In this document: positions 24,854-37,700 of the stretch, one piece after another | Layout: each line of letters opens with the position of its first letter | How positions within the stretch are numbered: position 1 is the stretch's first letter | Source of the DNA: Azolla caroliniana | Taxonomy: Eukaryota > Plantae > Polypodiophyta | DNA length: 64,000 nucleotides | Direction of reading: 5' to 3' | Assembly (NCBI GenBank): GCA_043228905.1 | Contig: JBHGNT010000014.1 | Coordinates: forward strand, 20,398,001 to 20,462,000 | Translations under genes and position numbers: made by a program | The notes under the pieces: generated by a model | What the model was told of the DNA's origin: nothing | Database searches by the model: none | The model's input: only the letters and a program-made list of their open reading frames with translations

Positions 24854-26520
24854 TGTCGCGAGAATCCGCGCTTGCATGTCGGATCCGGGTGGGATCACCA
24901 GGGTCATGGACCAAGAGGGAAGGAGCTGCCGGGGATCCGAAACCTCCGGAGCTTGCTACGTTGCCGGTCGGTTCGATCTTGGATACTCTCCGGACGCCAT
25001 CAGTAGGCGAGAGAGCGTGCCTTCGTCCTTGCCGCCCCTTTTGCCCGTATGTACAAGGGGCCCAAAACAGGCACAAGACACGGCCCAGTTAACTACGCCC
25101 GCACACACGCACACACACATATACACATTCGGTTACAACTGGCACCTCTACACCGGCGACCACACACACACATACACACGCAACGCTCACTGCAACGCCA
25201 GTTCAAAGCGGGGAGGAAGAGGGAGCCTGTATCCTAGGGCCGGTTGGGGAGCTCTCGGGCTCGTTTGCGCAACAGGACCCTCGTGTAGGGCACGCCTCTT
25301 CCAGAACAACCGCCTCCTGTGCTAAGCCGCCTGCAAGGAGTGTACGGGCTCGCTGAACTGAGTGGGGTCTTGCGCGCCAAGGAGGGGAACCTGCCGATGA
25401 ACCACCTAGCGTGCGGGCTCTGCGTAAGCGACAGAAGCCAACACCTACACACACTGACAGACATGCCGGACCACGGAGTGCTGAGCCAACAAATAGGAAC
25501 TTAGGGAAAGCACAGACAGTCCGCACGCCGCCTGCCACAACCGAACACACCACCCACGCACGCATACAGAAGACATCAAAACCCTAACGGAAAACAGAGA
25601 CAATGCACCCACACACCAAGATGAAGAGAAGACAAAAATAGACGTTATATGCAGAAGTTTATTAACACTAAACGGAAACTCCAAACGAGGAACAATGAGG
25701 AACAAAACCTTTTGGGACGCAACGGGTGGGAACCCTTGTACAAGAAGCACGCCCTCCCTTTTATAGAACAAGGTGAGGGTCGCGTGACTATGTGGGATAA
25801 ATCCCGTGATACATGGGATCATCTGTCTCGACTTTATTGCCGCTCGGCGCCATAAAGGTGCCCCCATTCCCTATACAAGTTTTACAAAAGTGGGTGCACA
25901 TGGCGCACCTTGCCAATTCCTCCAATATCTCCATGTTTCTCACCGTAGCCCAGAATCATCACGACATTCCCCCCACCAAACTGCACATCCACCGGTATGT
26001 GCCAAACTCGAGGAAAGATGAAAGACTTTGGTAGGTGAGGAACCGGTCTTCCGTAATCCGCACTCCGGCTACCGCGTTTGGCCCACTGGTTCGAACCGTC
26101 GGCTCCGGTTCCTTCTCCGCGTTTGCCTCCATGTAGGCTTAATCGACACGTTGATAGGTCATTCGTCGCGATCCCGTAGTGTGCGTGCTTCCCCGTTGGC
26201 CCTTCTTTCGATCGCATGCACGCTTCTCGTTCCTTCGTATACACGGTGTCCTCCGTCTAGGGAGCATCCGTGATGGCCCGCTTGGCCTTCGTCGACCTTC
26301 GTGTCGTCCCGATTCTCGTTCCGCACTGATCTCCACTGTCTTCGTCCCCTCACCACCACCTACCTTCTCCTTGGTCTTACGTTGCCACAGCGACCGACCT
26401 ACCAAGGTCTCCGGAACTAGTGTGGAGGATCCCTCTCCGACCTTCTATGCGAGATCACCTTGGACTAGCAACCCATCTTCGTGCCTGTACTCCCGCTCTA
26501 GCACCTCCGTGTGCCGCGCA
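24854..26520 (-). mobile_element. GC/CpG-rich LTR-like sequence (probably a solo or truncated LTR); right boundary uncertain (26148 or ~26520)
   Basis: Abrupt switch to GC-rich sequence at TGTCGCG (24854), with an inverted match CGACA at 26148. The minus strand has TATAAAAGGGAGGG (~25765) followed ~100 bp later by AATAAA (~25663), the usual U3-R layout. No recognisable protein in the many overlapping ORFs. Confidence 0.55.
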
Positions 26521-26547
26521 TCGCCCCTGCTCCAGTTCGGCACCTAT

Positions 26548-27322
26548 GCTCTGATACCAGTTTGATAAGATTTCACTCAAACAATATTACGAAATCAAAC
26601 TTAGACATAAACAGAAATAAAGAGTAGCACACGATTTATGTGGAAAACCTTGATTTCAGGGAAAAACCACGGAACAGAACTTTCTACTATAATAGAAGAT
26701 AGAGTACAACCATGGAATGAAAGAACCTGATTTGGTCTAAATGTTCTTTGAAACCACAATTTCAGATGAGAACACCAAACCTTAGCACGTAGATGTCTTT
26801 CCCGTTGGAAACTTCCTTAACTTCTCTGTTTTAATCTCTCTATTCTTTTCTATTTCACTCAACTTTTCTTCTCACTCTCAGCTTCTGAGATATGGCACTC
26901 ACACAACCGCTACTGTGTTCTCTCTAAGTCGTTCTCTGTACAACTCTTCTCTTGCACTATATATGCATGCATACTACTCACGCGCTCACTATTTCACTTA
27001 AGTATACTTTCACGCTTTGTCTCACTATTTTTACTCCTAGTGAGTTATCCCACATACAGACGCACTACTACGCCTGTCAGTATATATATACATACTAAGT
27101 CATCTCATACATATATATATGAAGACATACATATATATGTATATGTATGTTTGAACTTCTAATTGGTTGAGTCCAAATTTGGCTTTCTTGTTTCGGTTCT
27201 TCGGCCAACCGATTTCGACTAGCTGACTCTCGTTTCGGCTCTTCCGACCGAATTCTGTCAGCCGACTCTGAAGTTGACTTTTCGGCCGACTCCCCTACAA
27301 GGAGGGACGCCTTTACATAACA
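26548..27322 (-). mobile_element. Copia-type 5' LTR (26563-~27322) with tRNA-iMet PBS (26559-26548); coding region absent
   Basis: The minus strand reads ...TTATCA AAC TGGTATCAGAGC. The GTGGAAAACC..GGGAAAAACCACGG motif is typical of plant copia LTRs. A candidate TG start lies at 27322. Confidence 0.7.
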
Positions 27323-27332
27323 CTTATCGTTC

Positions 27333-27500
27333 ATTTTTTGGTAATCAACAAAATGGGTGCAATCCAAGGAGATGACGAATGGAAATGAACAAAACATTTT
27401 TGGATAGAATCCAAGTCCTCATGTGATTGGCGATCATGTGGGGGGTCGACATAGTTGTTCTGATTCAAAAATTGGATTAATCAACTTCAATACACATGAT
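27333..27500 (-). mobile_element. Ty3/gypsy reverse-transcriptase N-terminal fragment
   Basis: The minus strand encodes SSSPWIAPILLITKK (cf. SSSPWGAPVLLVKKKDG), preceded by a ...CRPP-like motif. Confidence 0.6.
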
Positions 27501-27592
27501 AAGTTGTGTAAGTTCACATGAGGGCAAGAAGAGACGAGAAGAAAGACCCTAACCCTTAGGAGTCGGCAACAGCTTGGTTCAAGCCTAAATCG

Positions 27593-27760
27593 CACTGTTA
27601 AAACGTTTTTTAAACGGTTTGGTGGTTTGGCATCTCGGCTCAGGCTTGAGCTTCATAAACCAATTTGGCCAAGGCTATAGCCGAAACCCAGAGCCGGGTT
27701 GGGCCAAACCGGTTTACAAACCGATTTAACCGCCGGTTTGGTTCAAGTTTGAAAACATTG
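27593..27760. mobile_element. Small hAT-like MITE
   Basis: Termini CACTGTT...AACATTG with multiple internal AACCG/CGGTT motifs. Flanked on both sides by AAATCG (27587-27592, 27761-27766). Confidence 0.45.
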
Positions 27761-27815
27761 AAATCGGTTAAGCTTTAACCGGTTTGGTCAAGTCGAAATT
27801 GGTCAAGTTGTAGGT

Positions 27816-27833
27816 CCCTAACCCTAACCCTAA
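27816..27833. repeat. (CCCTAA)3 telomere-like hexamer run
   Basis: Directly visible. Confidence 0.7.
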
Positions 27834-28241
27834 CTAGAAGGCGGGCGTGGAGAGCTCTGCTCTACCGTAGCCTAGCCGCGCTTCAGACCAAACACACACA
27901 CACAACAACAAGAAGAGGAGGAGGAGCTTCCCAAACCCAGATATAGGTTCGACAAATCTAGGCTTGGTTCTTCATCCTTCCGCGCCTTCCTTCGATGAAC
28001 ACCCGAGCCTAGAGTTCACTCCCGAACCTGGAGCTTCCAAACCTCAAGGTGAGGCTCGGCCCCCAAGCCTCAACTTTTTCTATGAACAAACAAATACCCA
28101 CTCTCTTTCTTCTTCTTTTTTACTTCACTCAACCCACAACTACAAACAAATATTTATATACATACGTATTTACGTACATACAAAACTCAAATGCACATGC
28201 ATACAAACCTATCCACATACTTCTTCACATTAACATATATA

Positions 28242-28840
28242 CACTCTCGAAGGGGGTAATACTTTAAAAAGAGAGTAATTCGTTAAATAAAATATGCTAA
28301 TTGAATAAGCAAGAATGCCGTGAGCAAAGATCGTATAGCTTGATTGACTACGACCCTCTTTAAATCATTTTACAACGTTCCAATAGTTACCACAAAGAAT
28401 AACGTCATAGCTCCCACAAAAGTAATAACAATCAAAGCATTGAGTAAATACTCAAACAAGTGGGAGCACCTCGCTATCATAAATACGCATGCTATTACCG
28501 TAATAGCCGCGTAAATCAAAGCAGATACTGGAGTGAGACCCTCCGTTACGTCAGGTAACCGAGTATGCAATCCCATTTATGCAAAGTTTTCAATTGCGCT
28601 GACTAGGGGTGAGATACAAATAACAATTGTGGCATAAAATCACGTATTACGAGAAAGAAAATAGTGAATGGGTTCAGAGAAAACACTAGCACAAGCTAGA
28701 GTAGTAGGAGAGTCTACTACTTAAGAGGGAGTGGAACGACCAATAATCCTGAGGGCTAATCCGGAATCACCTACTCGATGGACAAGCATAGCTTTGATAG
28801 TTCCTTTATTAGCTTAAAGTCATGCGAACCGAAAACGAAC
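28242..28840 (-). pseudogene. nad5: NUMT: ~600-bp fragment of mitochondrial NADH dehydrogenase subunit 5, unedited (DNA-derived)
   Basis: Translation follows Nad5: [60 protein letters not shown] deletion removes the AYSTC codons and shifts the frame. Nuclear low-complexity DNA lies on both sides. Confidence 0.93.
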
Positions 28841-28955
28841 ACATTCTATCCCATATTCATGCATGTATACAAATGTACATCTAAATTCCATAAATCTTCT
28901 TTAAACATGCACATTTAGATATACATATAGATATCTACGTAGACAATAGATTTCC

Positions 28956-29633
28956 CACAATGTGTATCATATTCTCTTTGCCAATAATGGCCTTGATGCA
29001 AATATTTGAGAGTATGCCAAATTTGGGTATGACCCTTGGTATGCAGACTCGTGCATTGCTTGTGAGCCTTTTCCTTCCAAATGACCACTTACTTTGATGG
29101 AGATGACAACTTGTGGTGTACAACACAACACGACACATGCCTATCACACCAAATTGGGTGAAGTGTATGAATTTTTATCCTTCTCATGATCATGATTCTT
29201 TCCATGGAAGGTAGGCGGTATGATGTTTTCCATCCAAATAGATGCGTTGAACCCCTCCTTGTGGAGGGGTCAACGTTGTGTTCTTGTATCGTGTCTAGTT
29301 CTTGATTGTCAAACTCCATATAGACATTAATGAACGGCTTTTTGAGAAGCTCATAAGTCTTTTTAATCTCTTTCATCCTCCTTTGAATTGGAATTTAGCG
29401 AATAATCTCTTTGGAAAGTCCATAAGTTGTTAATGGAAAAGTTGACCATTCTCGTTCAAAACAATACAGTTACAACTAAGTGCATCCATATGGTCATTCG
29501 ATTTCTCGATACCACTTTCATCTTTGGCCATGAATAAATGACCCAAAGAATGTAGCATAAAAGTTGTAATAGCAAAATATTTCCATGTTATCTAGGATTG
29601 TCTATTTGAAAATACAGATATAAATTGTTGTTG
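28956..29633 (+). repeat. Dispersed repeat segment A, second copy
   Basis: Matches 5650-6326. Confidence 0.9.
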
Positions 29634-31012
29634 CATAGAATACATTATGCGCTTGTATTTAATATCATAATGTTTGATTAGTTACATTAATATTCATATC
29701 CTAGTATCCTAGTATAATTGGCCACTTTATATTTATAAGTGGCTGGTTCATAGGGTTAATTACAATCCATCAAACAACCAACATACATTGACATAATGAA
29801 ATAGAATGTTTTTTGTCTCTAAGGCTTTCAGTTATCCAATACCTTTCATATTCTTGTTCATGTACCCCACAATCTTTTGGCCTCGTGTGTGCACTTTCCA
29901 TCACACAGTGCAATGTGAGTGTACCTTTTAGGAGGATGAGGAATGTCTTCATATTTGATGCACAAGTAAGAGTGCAAAGATATACAACGCAATTTGAACG
30001 TGCCTCCTCTCTGCCTTTCTCTCTCTCTCTCTCTCTCTCTCTGAGTGCTTCCTCTATGTGTTTCCTCGGCCTCCTAATTTCAACCTTTGGGCAGAACAGA
30101 GTGTGGGTTACCAATTTTACTTCCCTTCCTAAAGTATCACTTTTGTTGCATAGATTCTCGAGCATATAGTAATTATTCCAACCAGATAGAAGTCTAGACC
30201 CATTGCTTGCCTACATCCTCCTAGTTATTGAAATTTGAAGCTTTGCACCCTAGTATTAAAATGATTTTGGTGCTAATCCATTTACTAAATGGCAGTGTAG
30301 GAATTGTAAGGTCTTTGAGATTATTCACATTTAATATCAAATTATTACGATCTTGTTTGCTTATCGTTTTTCTTTCCAAGTCCAAAATTTCACCAAATAG
30401 ACTACTTATTCATGCATTTAAAAATTTACATAAACATCGATGCAAGTTGCTTGCTAAAATATGATTTATAAGCCAAGTCACGGTTTTTTAATGATTCTAA
30501 ATTTCTTTGCAACTTGACTTACAAAAAACTTGAATATTGTATGCATATTCATACATAAGAATTTAGCATATGTTTTACACATTCATAGCAAGAAGACACA
30601 TCAATGTATCACTCAACGCTAACCCTTGGAAGTAGATATCATCATCAAATTTCACCCATACAAAAACCACCAATGAGTTGTTCTATTTAATTATAAAACG
30701 CTCCTAACATGAGGTGTAGATGTCAATGTCAATGTTCTAAAGCTTTGACCATTACACATGCGCGCTTAAAAATGCTTCGTTTTAGTATCATGGATTTGAG
30801 AGATTTTTAAAAATTCCCTAGAATTACTCAATCTATAATAATGATTTAATTTACATATATCATAAACAAAGTTTAATCTACATATAATTGCAACTCAACA
30901 TATAAGAAGTGCAAATAAATACCATCACCACTCACATATGACGGTAGCTCTCATCATTGCCATCATCTAGTGCACCTTCCAACCATGATTTTGGAGTGTA
31001 AGAATCATGATC

Positions 31013-31708
31013 TCATTTTGGCTTCAAATTAAGTGACGCACTGAAAGAGACAAAATAATCCTTACATAAAAAATGTGTCAATGATAAAAAACATGCTAAA
31101 GATGAGTGTAGAGATGATGATATATAAATATCCACAAGAATCCATCACAACCCATGTGACCAAAACATGTTACAAAGAATTTTTATCGATTGTATTGGCG
31201 GGAAATTTAAATTGATGAGACAACATAAAGTTGAAATACAAAGCTTGTTTTTTAATTCAGTCTCTCAATTCTTGAGAGACAAAAAAAGCGAGGTGCTTGC
31301 CTACCTTAGAAATTAGGATATATGATACAATTGGAGAGTGAGAAACAAGTAGTGCTACAATAGATACATACAATAAAAGAAAATTTGATTCGCTAGGTCT
31401 CTTGCAAGTTTTCTGTACGGGTGTTGTGTCCTTAAACGAGTTGCCTTTATGTCACCTAGTTTGACAATACCTTAGACTAGCAACTAGTCTTCCATAACGT
31501 CTTCATACATACCAAGGGATTTTGTATCATCACAGACTACCTTTACGAAAAGCCATAGGGAGAGAGTCATTCACCCCATAGTTCAGATGGTTGTGTCAAT
31601 TTTATGGAGATCTTCAGGTCCTTAGTTGATATGCCAACACAACAAGAAGATTAAGAGAAATGACAATGTAACAAAGACATTTGTAAGTATGTCAATAAAA
31701 GGTCATGG

Positions 31709-31751
<43 letters not shown>

Positions 31752-34700
31752 GATAATGGAATATGCGTAATGCTTTCATGTTTGATAATAGACATGGGGT
31801 GAAAGCCTATATAAAGAAGCTTAAAGGTATTCTCATGTGAAAATTTTGGGGATGTTAGAGCATGTGGGGATCATTTCCTCAAATGCATATTCAGGTTTTT
31901 TAATAGCATTACAGAACATCCCTCTCCCTACATAGACATATGATAGGTAGAGGAGACTAAGAAGTGTTATAACTAAGTGGATTTTACATACAATTAATAT
32001 AATTGTGTGCTTTTACCAAAAAAAGAAAGAGAGAGAGAGATCGTTTTTGGAAGTCAAATATGCCCAATGAGATAAAAAATACAACACTTCCACGCAATAC
32101 ATTTACAAGTGTGTAGTAGCCCTACATGTTCAAGGACTTTAGTAAAGAATATTGCAATTGATGGTGCACATGGTGACTGTGAGAGAAAATCTTGCAAGGA
32201 TTGGGTTGGGTTCAAGATCTGCGGAAAACATAGTAAAATGTGATCAAACTCAGAGCATTGTATCAAAGCATGATACTCGGACGCCTGACCTTGTTTGGGG
32301 AAAAATGTGCATAATCGACGGGTCTCATCCCTTGTGCCCCAATTTCTAAGCTATGTAAGCTATTTTGCATGGAAGCAATGGTTCAGATGCAGACAATGGG
32401 ATGAACTGCAAAATGTATCAACATATGCACTTTCCTTGTTCAGAGAGATAGATATATTTTTAATGTTCATCAGAGACTGATTGCAGTTGCAATCTATGAC
32501 GGGGCCTAGCCCATGGTGAGGATTCAACTTGGCTTCTCTCAATTTTATAATTTTGATGCTACTGTGTAAATCACCAAGCCAACAACAGAGACCAGAATGA
32601 CATACACTCAACCCCTACATTCTACAATGGCATATGGTAAATTAGGGAAAATATGTGGTCTATATAAAGTCAAGCATCAATGTAAGGCTTTGTGTTAGTA
32701 TTCTAATCGCTTACCAATAGAATAAGTTAATTATGAGGAGAGACGGGGATGAAGGCCAAAATTGGTTGGCGAAGGAAACCAATCATGATTACAATCATGG
32801 ATTACTTAATGTTATCCATGTTAAAATCAAAATAAATATTAGAAACTCAAGGTTTCTTAGATCTCCATGATGATGATCTTAATGGAATATTTTTTGAGAT
32901 GTTTTACAAGTAGTAGAGGTAGTTATTAGGCATTGTCATGGTGAAATAACAGTATGACAAAGTTCAATAAGCACATGTCCTCATGTGTATTAGACATGGC
33001 CAGCAACGATTTACATGATTTGTTGATGGTAATACCCCACTTATCTTATATCTTGAAAGTCATTGTCCCCTTGTTGACATTTCTCTGCTCGTTCTATGGT
33101 GAATCTTCGGCACATTGTTAGTAGAGGTGAGGAGCTATGGAAGAAATTAGTGATGTGAGATTGTCCTTGCATCTCACATGCTAATATATAAGGGTTGATT
33201 CACTATGCTTTTGAAGCTCAAGCAAGATTTAACCAAACTATTGTGGATCAAACTTCCACTCACTTGTCCAATGGTGGTGTCCATTAAGAGGGTGCCAGAC
33301 TTATCTTTGATGTGGTTGAAAGCTGGGCACTTGCACAAAATGTTCCTCGCATTCAATCTCTTCTTCACATAATTTCCGAAATAAGTTTCAGCTCTAAGGT
33401 ATGTGAAGTGCTCACCCCGACTCAGTCTCTAGTTAGTGGGCAGGAACCCTGGGTTGGCATATAGTCATCCATGTACCTTGGTCTCTGTATGAATTCATTC
33501 TCTGAAAAGTGCCTGAAATGACCTTTGTAGTAGGCCATCTTTGCCATTTGGGGGGAAGTAGCTCCCTGGGTATGAACCAAGACTTTTGAATTTAGAGTTG
33601 CATTGGATGCCCCTTGTTCCTTCCATTATTTTTGCAGAAGTATACAATATCAAAAGGGTGGCAAGTTCTCAATGTCGAGGTCATTGTTATTGAACCACTT
33701 AATTAGCTGTGAGTACCATGATCGTTTCGTGTGTTCTGTTATTGCTATTTACTTCAATGCTTCAAACACCTTACCTGTAATTATTTGAGATGGTATGGAT
33801 GGAATCCAATTAATGAGGTTCACAGACTGGATAATGCTTTGGTGCTCTCAATTCAGCACGGATGATATCATGTGGAGTGGATGTTTGATGTATCATCCAT
33901 AACATCATGAATAGTGGACGCTCTTTGGTCTTTAGGCTTCCCCATGCTGTTGAATAACCATACCCGGTATAAGGGTCACTGTCATTCTAGTGTGGTAGCC
34001 TGGGTCACAGAGAAGCTCCCACTTGACCTTGTAAATGTGATTCCTAGATATCAGGAGTGTAAAAACTAATATCTGTGCATCAAATCCTATTTCTAAGGTG
34101 CAAGTTTATGAAGCCAAAAAGGGCAAAACAATTATGATAAAATTGTATTAGGAATTAATAGTTGTTTGGCCAGAATTAATATGAAAACTAAATAGTCTTC
34201 TGGGAAAGAAAATAGCACTATCACAAATATTTACCTATGTTTGTGTGCTTTATCAAATACCTCTTATACTCCTCTTCCTAGTGATCCATCGTGCATGCCT
34301 AACGAGTGCATCGAGTTTAGTGGCATGAGAACCATAATCTTCTAACAGTATGTGATCCTCAAATCCAGCCCCATTTGTGCCGCAGATACACAAAGCAAAT
34401 ATCATCATGGATTCACCATTACAAAGTGTAGTGCACATCTTATCTAGGAGTTCTATCAACATATAGAGAGTTCTTGAGAATGGTGCATTTCAACTGTGGG
34501 GATCAAGGATAGGATGAGATTAAAATGGCATTCGACATTATCATAAAAGAACGGAAAAAGGATATATTGATATCTCTAAATCAAAATGGACTATGCGAGC
34601 CAATAATGATTTCTTATCACAAAGATCAACCAAAGAATAGAAGAAAAGCGCCTGAGCATTTTTATTATTATAATTTAACCCACACTTATCTGACCATGGA

Positions 34701-37700
34701 TATGAACTTATATTTTGCTCATTTGAGAGAGATTTGGATGGGTATCTACAAAAGGGATCACAATAGGCTTAAAGGCAGCTGTGTTTCTTACTTTTCTCAC
34801 TACTAATAGGGAAAAGTACCAATTTCAAGATTTGCTAGCCAAACAACCGTTTGGAACATCTGGATCCAAAACATGTGCAAGTAGATGTGTAAAGTTTCTG
34901 TTGTCCATTCGTAGCTTTATGCTACAATGCACTTACTGGTCTATTTTGCATCTACTTATTGGTATCCAATGTTAATATGGGTAGTGTGCATGTGAAAGAT
35001 TTTGGGGTAACACCTGACGGGAAGAACTCTCCAGTATTCCACCGAACCTACTTGGTATTCCAAATAGCCTCCGATTATATTATCATGTCTTTCCAAAACG
35101 ATCTCCAAGTGATCCTCCCTACCACCACCTGTCCTTGGTTACCAACTTGTTCAGAGCAGGGTTCTCCATTCTCTTTGGAGGCAATCTCCAAAACCTTCCA
35201 TGCAACTATGGCCCAAGATTGCCCTTAATATATTCATGTAGCTCTCTCTTTATCGTTCACATGCAATCTATGTCTCCTTGGTGACAACTTGTAAGAGCCC
35301 CTTCCATCAGCTATATTTTCTTTCTCTTTACTGAGTCTTCAAACAACTTCTCTTCTGCAATAACGAAGGCTCAGCTTTTTCCCAGTAATGTACATCTCTC
35401 TCACTCATTATATGCATCTCCCTTTCACCACCATGTCATCTCTATCTCCTTGAGGCTCATTACAATTTACCAACTTGTAAGATTTCTTGAATTGGCAAAA
35501 TTCTCTTTTTACAGATAATTTGTCCAACAAAGTGCTCATCTACAACAAGTATAGGCTTTCAATTTTGCCCATCATATATGTGACTCTCTCTCACCACCAC
35601 ATAAGCACAATCATCAGCTAAGAGCCGTCTGAATAATCTAGGGCGATATCCAACAACTCATTATGATCAAGGACCAACTATCTCCACTATATGTGCAATT
35701 CCTTCTTTCACCACCACATATCATTCACATATCCTCAGCTACCAGTTTGTAATACTCCTTATATCAACTAGGTTCTCTTTCAACAACTTCTCTCTACTCA
35801 ACTTTACCCATTGGATATATACATCTCTATTTCACCACCACATGCCATGCACATCTTTCCTTGGTTACCAACTTGTAACACTCTTTGCAGCGGCTAGACA
35901 GTTGCAAATAGTGGACTCTTTAAGTTGAAATGCAACTGCACTCCATATCTCACCATAAATCTAGCAAAATGTCTCCAGGACTTGGCATATTTCAAGATAA
36001 AAAACCAGCAGTTTCTCATAGATCGCTCTCAATGACTGGCTTCCTGATGCCTTGGGTTGTCTGCTCATGGCTAAAATAAAGAAACTATTAGGTCAACCAT
36101 CACAACTCTGAATTTTATTTCAGAAAATTACTGAAAATCTCAGTTTCTAATAAATTAAAATAATTTAAATAGCAAACACAAATTCTGCCATCTTAAATGA
36201 ACCCACGATGCACCTTTCAATGACATGGAATTTGCATATATCCTCGCCAGGCGGAGTATCTACTTATACAGAACTCTATCTTTACTTTCTCAAGTCAGAT
36301 TATGCCATATGGAAACCCAGGATCATGGAATCATTTCTACTATAGCTTCATCTTGGTAGAGTGTATATTTCACCTATCAATATCTTCTTTCCTTTGTAAC
36401 TGACATTCATTCACCTTCTACGTGGAGTGTTGTTTGTGCAATTGCTTGGTTTTCTTATATTATAGGAGTTCATTTCATTTCCCTCTTCTCTGAGACATCC
36501 ATCTCTCCATGTATTATCTCTTATTGTAGACAATCTACATGTACATTGACATGTTCATCATGTGGGGATATGATCTTAAATTGTATTTCCCAACCCTTTT
36601 TCATAATTTGTCCATAGAGTCATTTTCTTTCTTTTGTTCCTCTGCATTAAGATTATGGATCATATATGATATCCTTGACCCTTTCAATAAGAAAGTGTCT
36701 GCTGAATTATTGGTTATCATGAACTCCATGTAATTAGGCACACACTACGAGAGTGGATTATTTTCATTCTCCTATATTATTTCTAGTATGCAATGAGATT
36801 ATGCAGCTTATATGGTCTTCAGCCTTTTAAAGAAAATACCTACCAAAACATTATTTCTTTGTTACAATATGTTCTTAGGAAAATAAAAAGAAAAACATAC
36901 CTATTGATGCAATAGCGCTTGCCAGTTGGAGGGGGTCCATCATTGAAGACATGGCCCAAATGTGCATTACACTTTGAACAGACCACTTCTGTCCGCGGCA
37001 TGAAGGGAATCGACCAGTCCATTTCTGATTTCACATTATTTTCTATCGGTTCATAGTACGATGGCCACCCAGTACCACTATCAAATTTGGTGTTTGAGCT
37101 GCAGTATGAATTGATAGCAAATCATCACAGGAATTATTCATGGGAGTAAATATATCCTCAACAGACATAATATATACAGCATTTTCTTAAATGAACTATA
37201 CATTACATGGTAAGGAAAAAAGGTGAAATCATAGACAAATTTATAGTTACAAATGTTTAAAGATGTCACATGGTGGTAAAGTTTATGGTTTATAACCGTA
37301 AGGCTATGGGTTGAATTATATTTAGCAATCATATTTTGATCCTCACACTTAAACTAGAACTTCTTAGTACAAATTAACTTTACATATCCATTTTCCACAA
37401 TCCAAGGGTTGGAAATGACAGCATTGCCTTACAGAATGTTCACTTATATAGTGGAAGTGAGTAGAATTAGCAAAAGTATTATATGTGGGATAAATTCCAA
37501 CACAGAGTAGCAATGTATATTCATAATCAGGCGAGGCGGTCTTCAAGATATACACAAATATAGCATCTAAGAGTTATTATTTTTGTCCTAAATTTCTGAA
37601 ACATTTTGTGTGTATGGTGGTTGTGCAAATAGTAAGGATTACAGAAAATTTACTTATACAGTGGAGGTGAGTAGAATTAGCAAAAGTGTCAGATGTGGGA

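Noticed and set aside
24774-26565. Many overlapping 60-180 aa ORFs on both strands
   Set aside because: Expected from high GC content; no recognisable domain, and the layout fits LTR-like non-coding DNA.
27816-27833. Interstitial telomere or chromosome fusion site
   Set aside because: Only three hexamer units; such runs are common in TE termini and promoters.
28370-28576. Functional nuclear nad5 or evidence that the window is mitochondrial
   Set aside because: It is a fragment only, with a frameshifting deletion, embedded among nuclear TEs and spliceosomal-intron genes.
34808-34822. GGGAAAAGTACC matching the MULE MITE terminus
   Set aside because: The match ends after ~13 bp and no opposite TIR was found.
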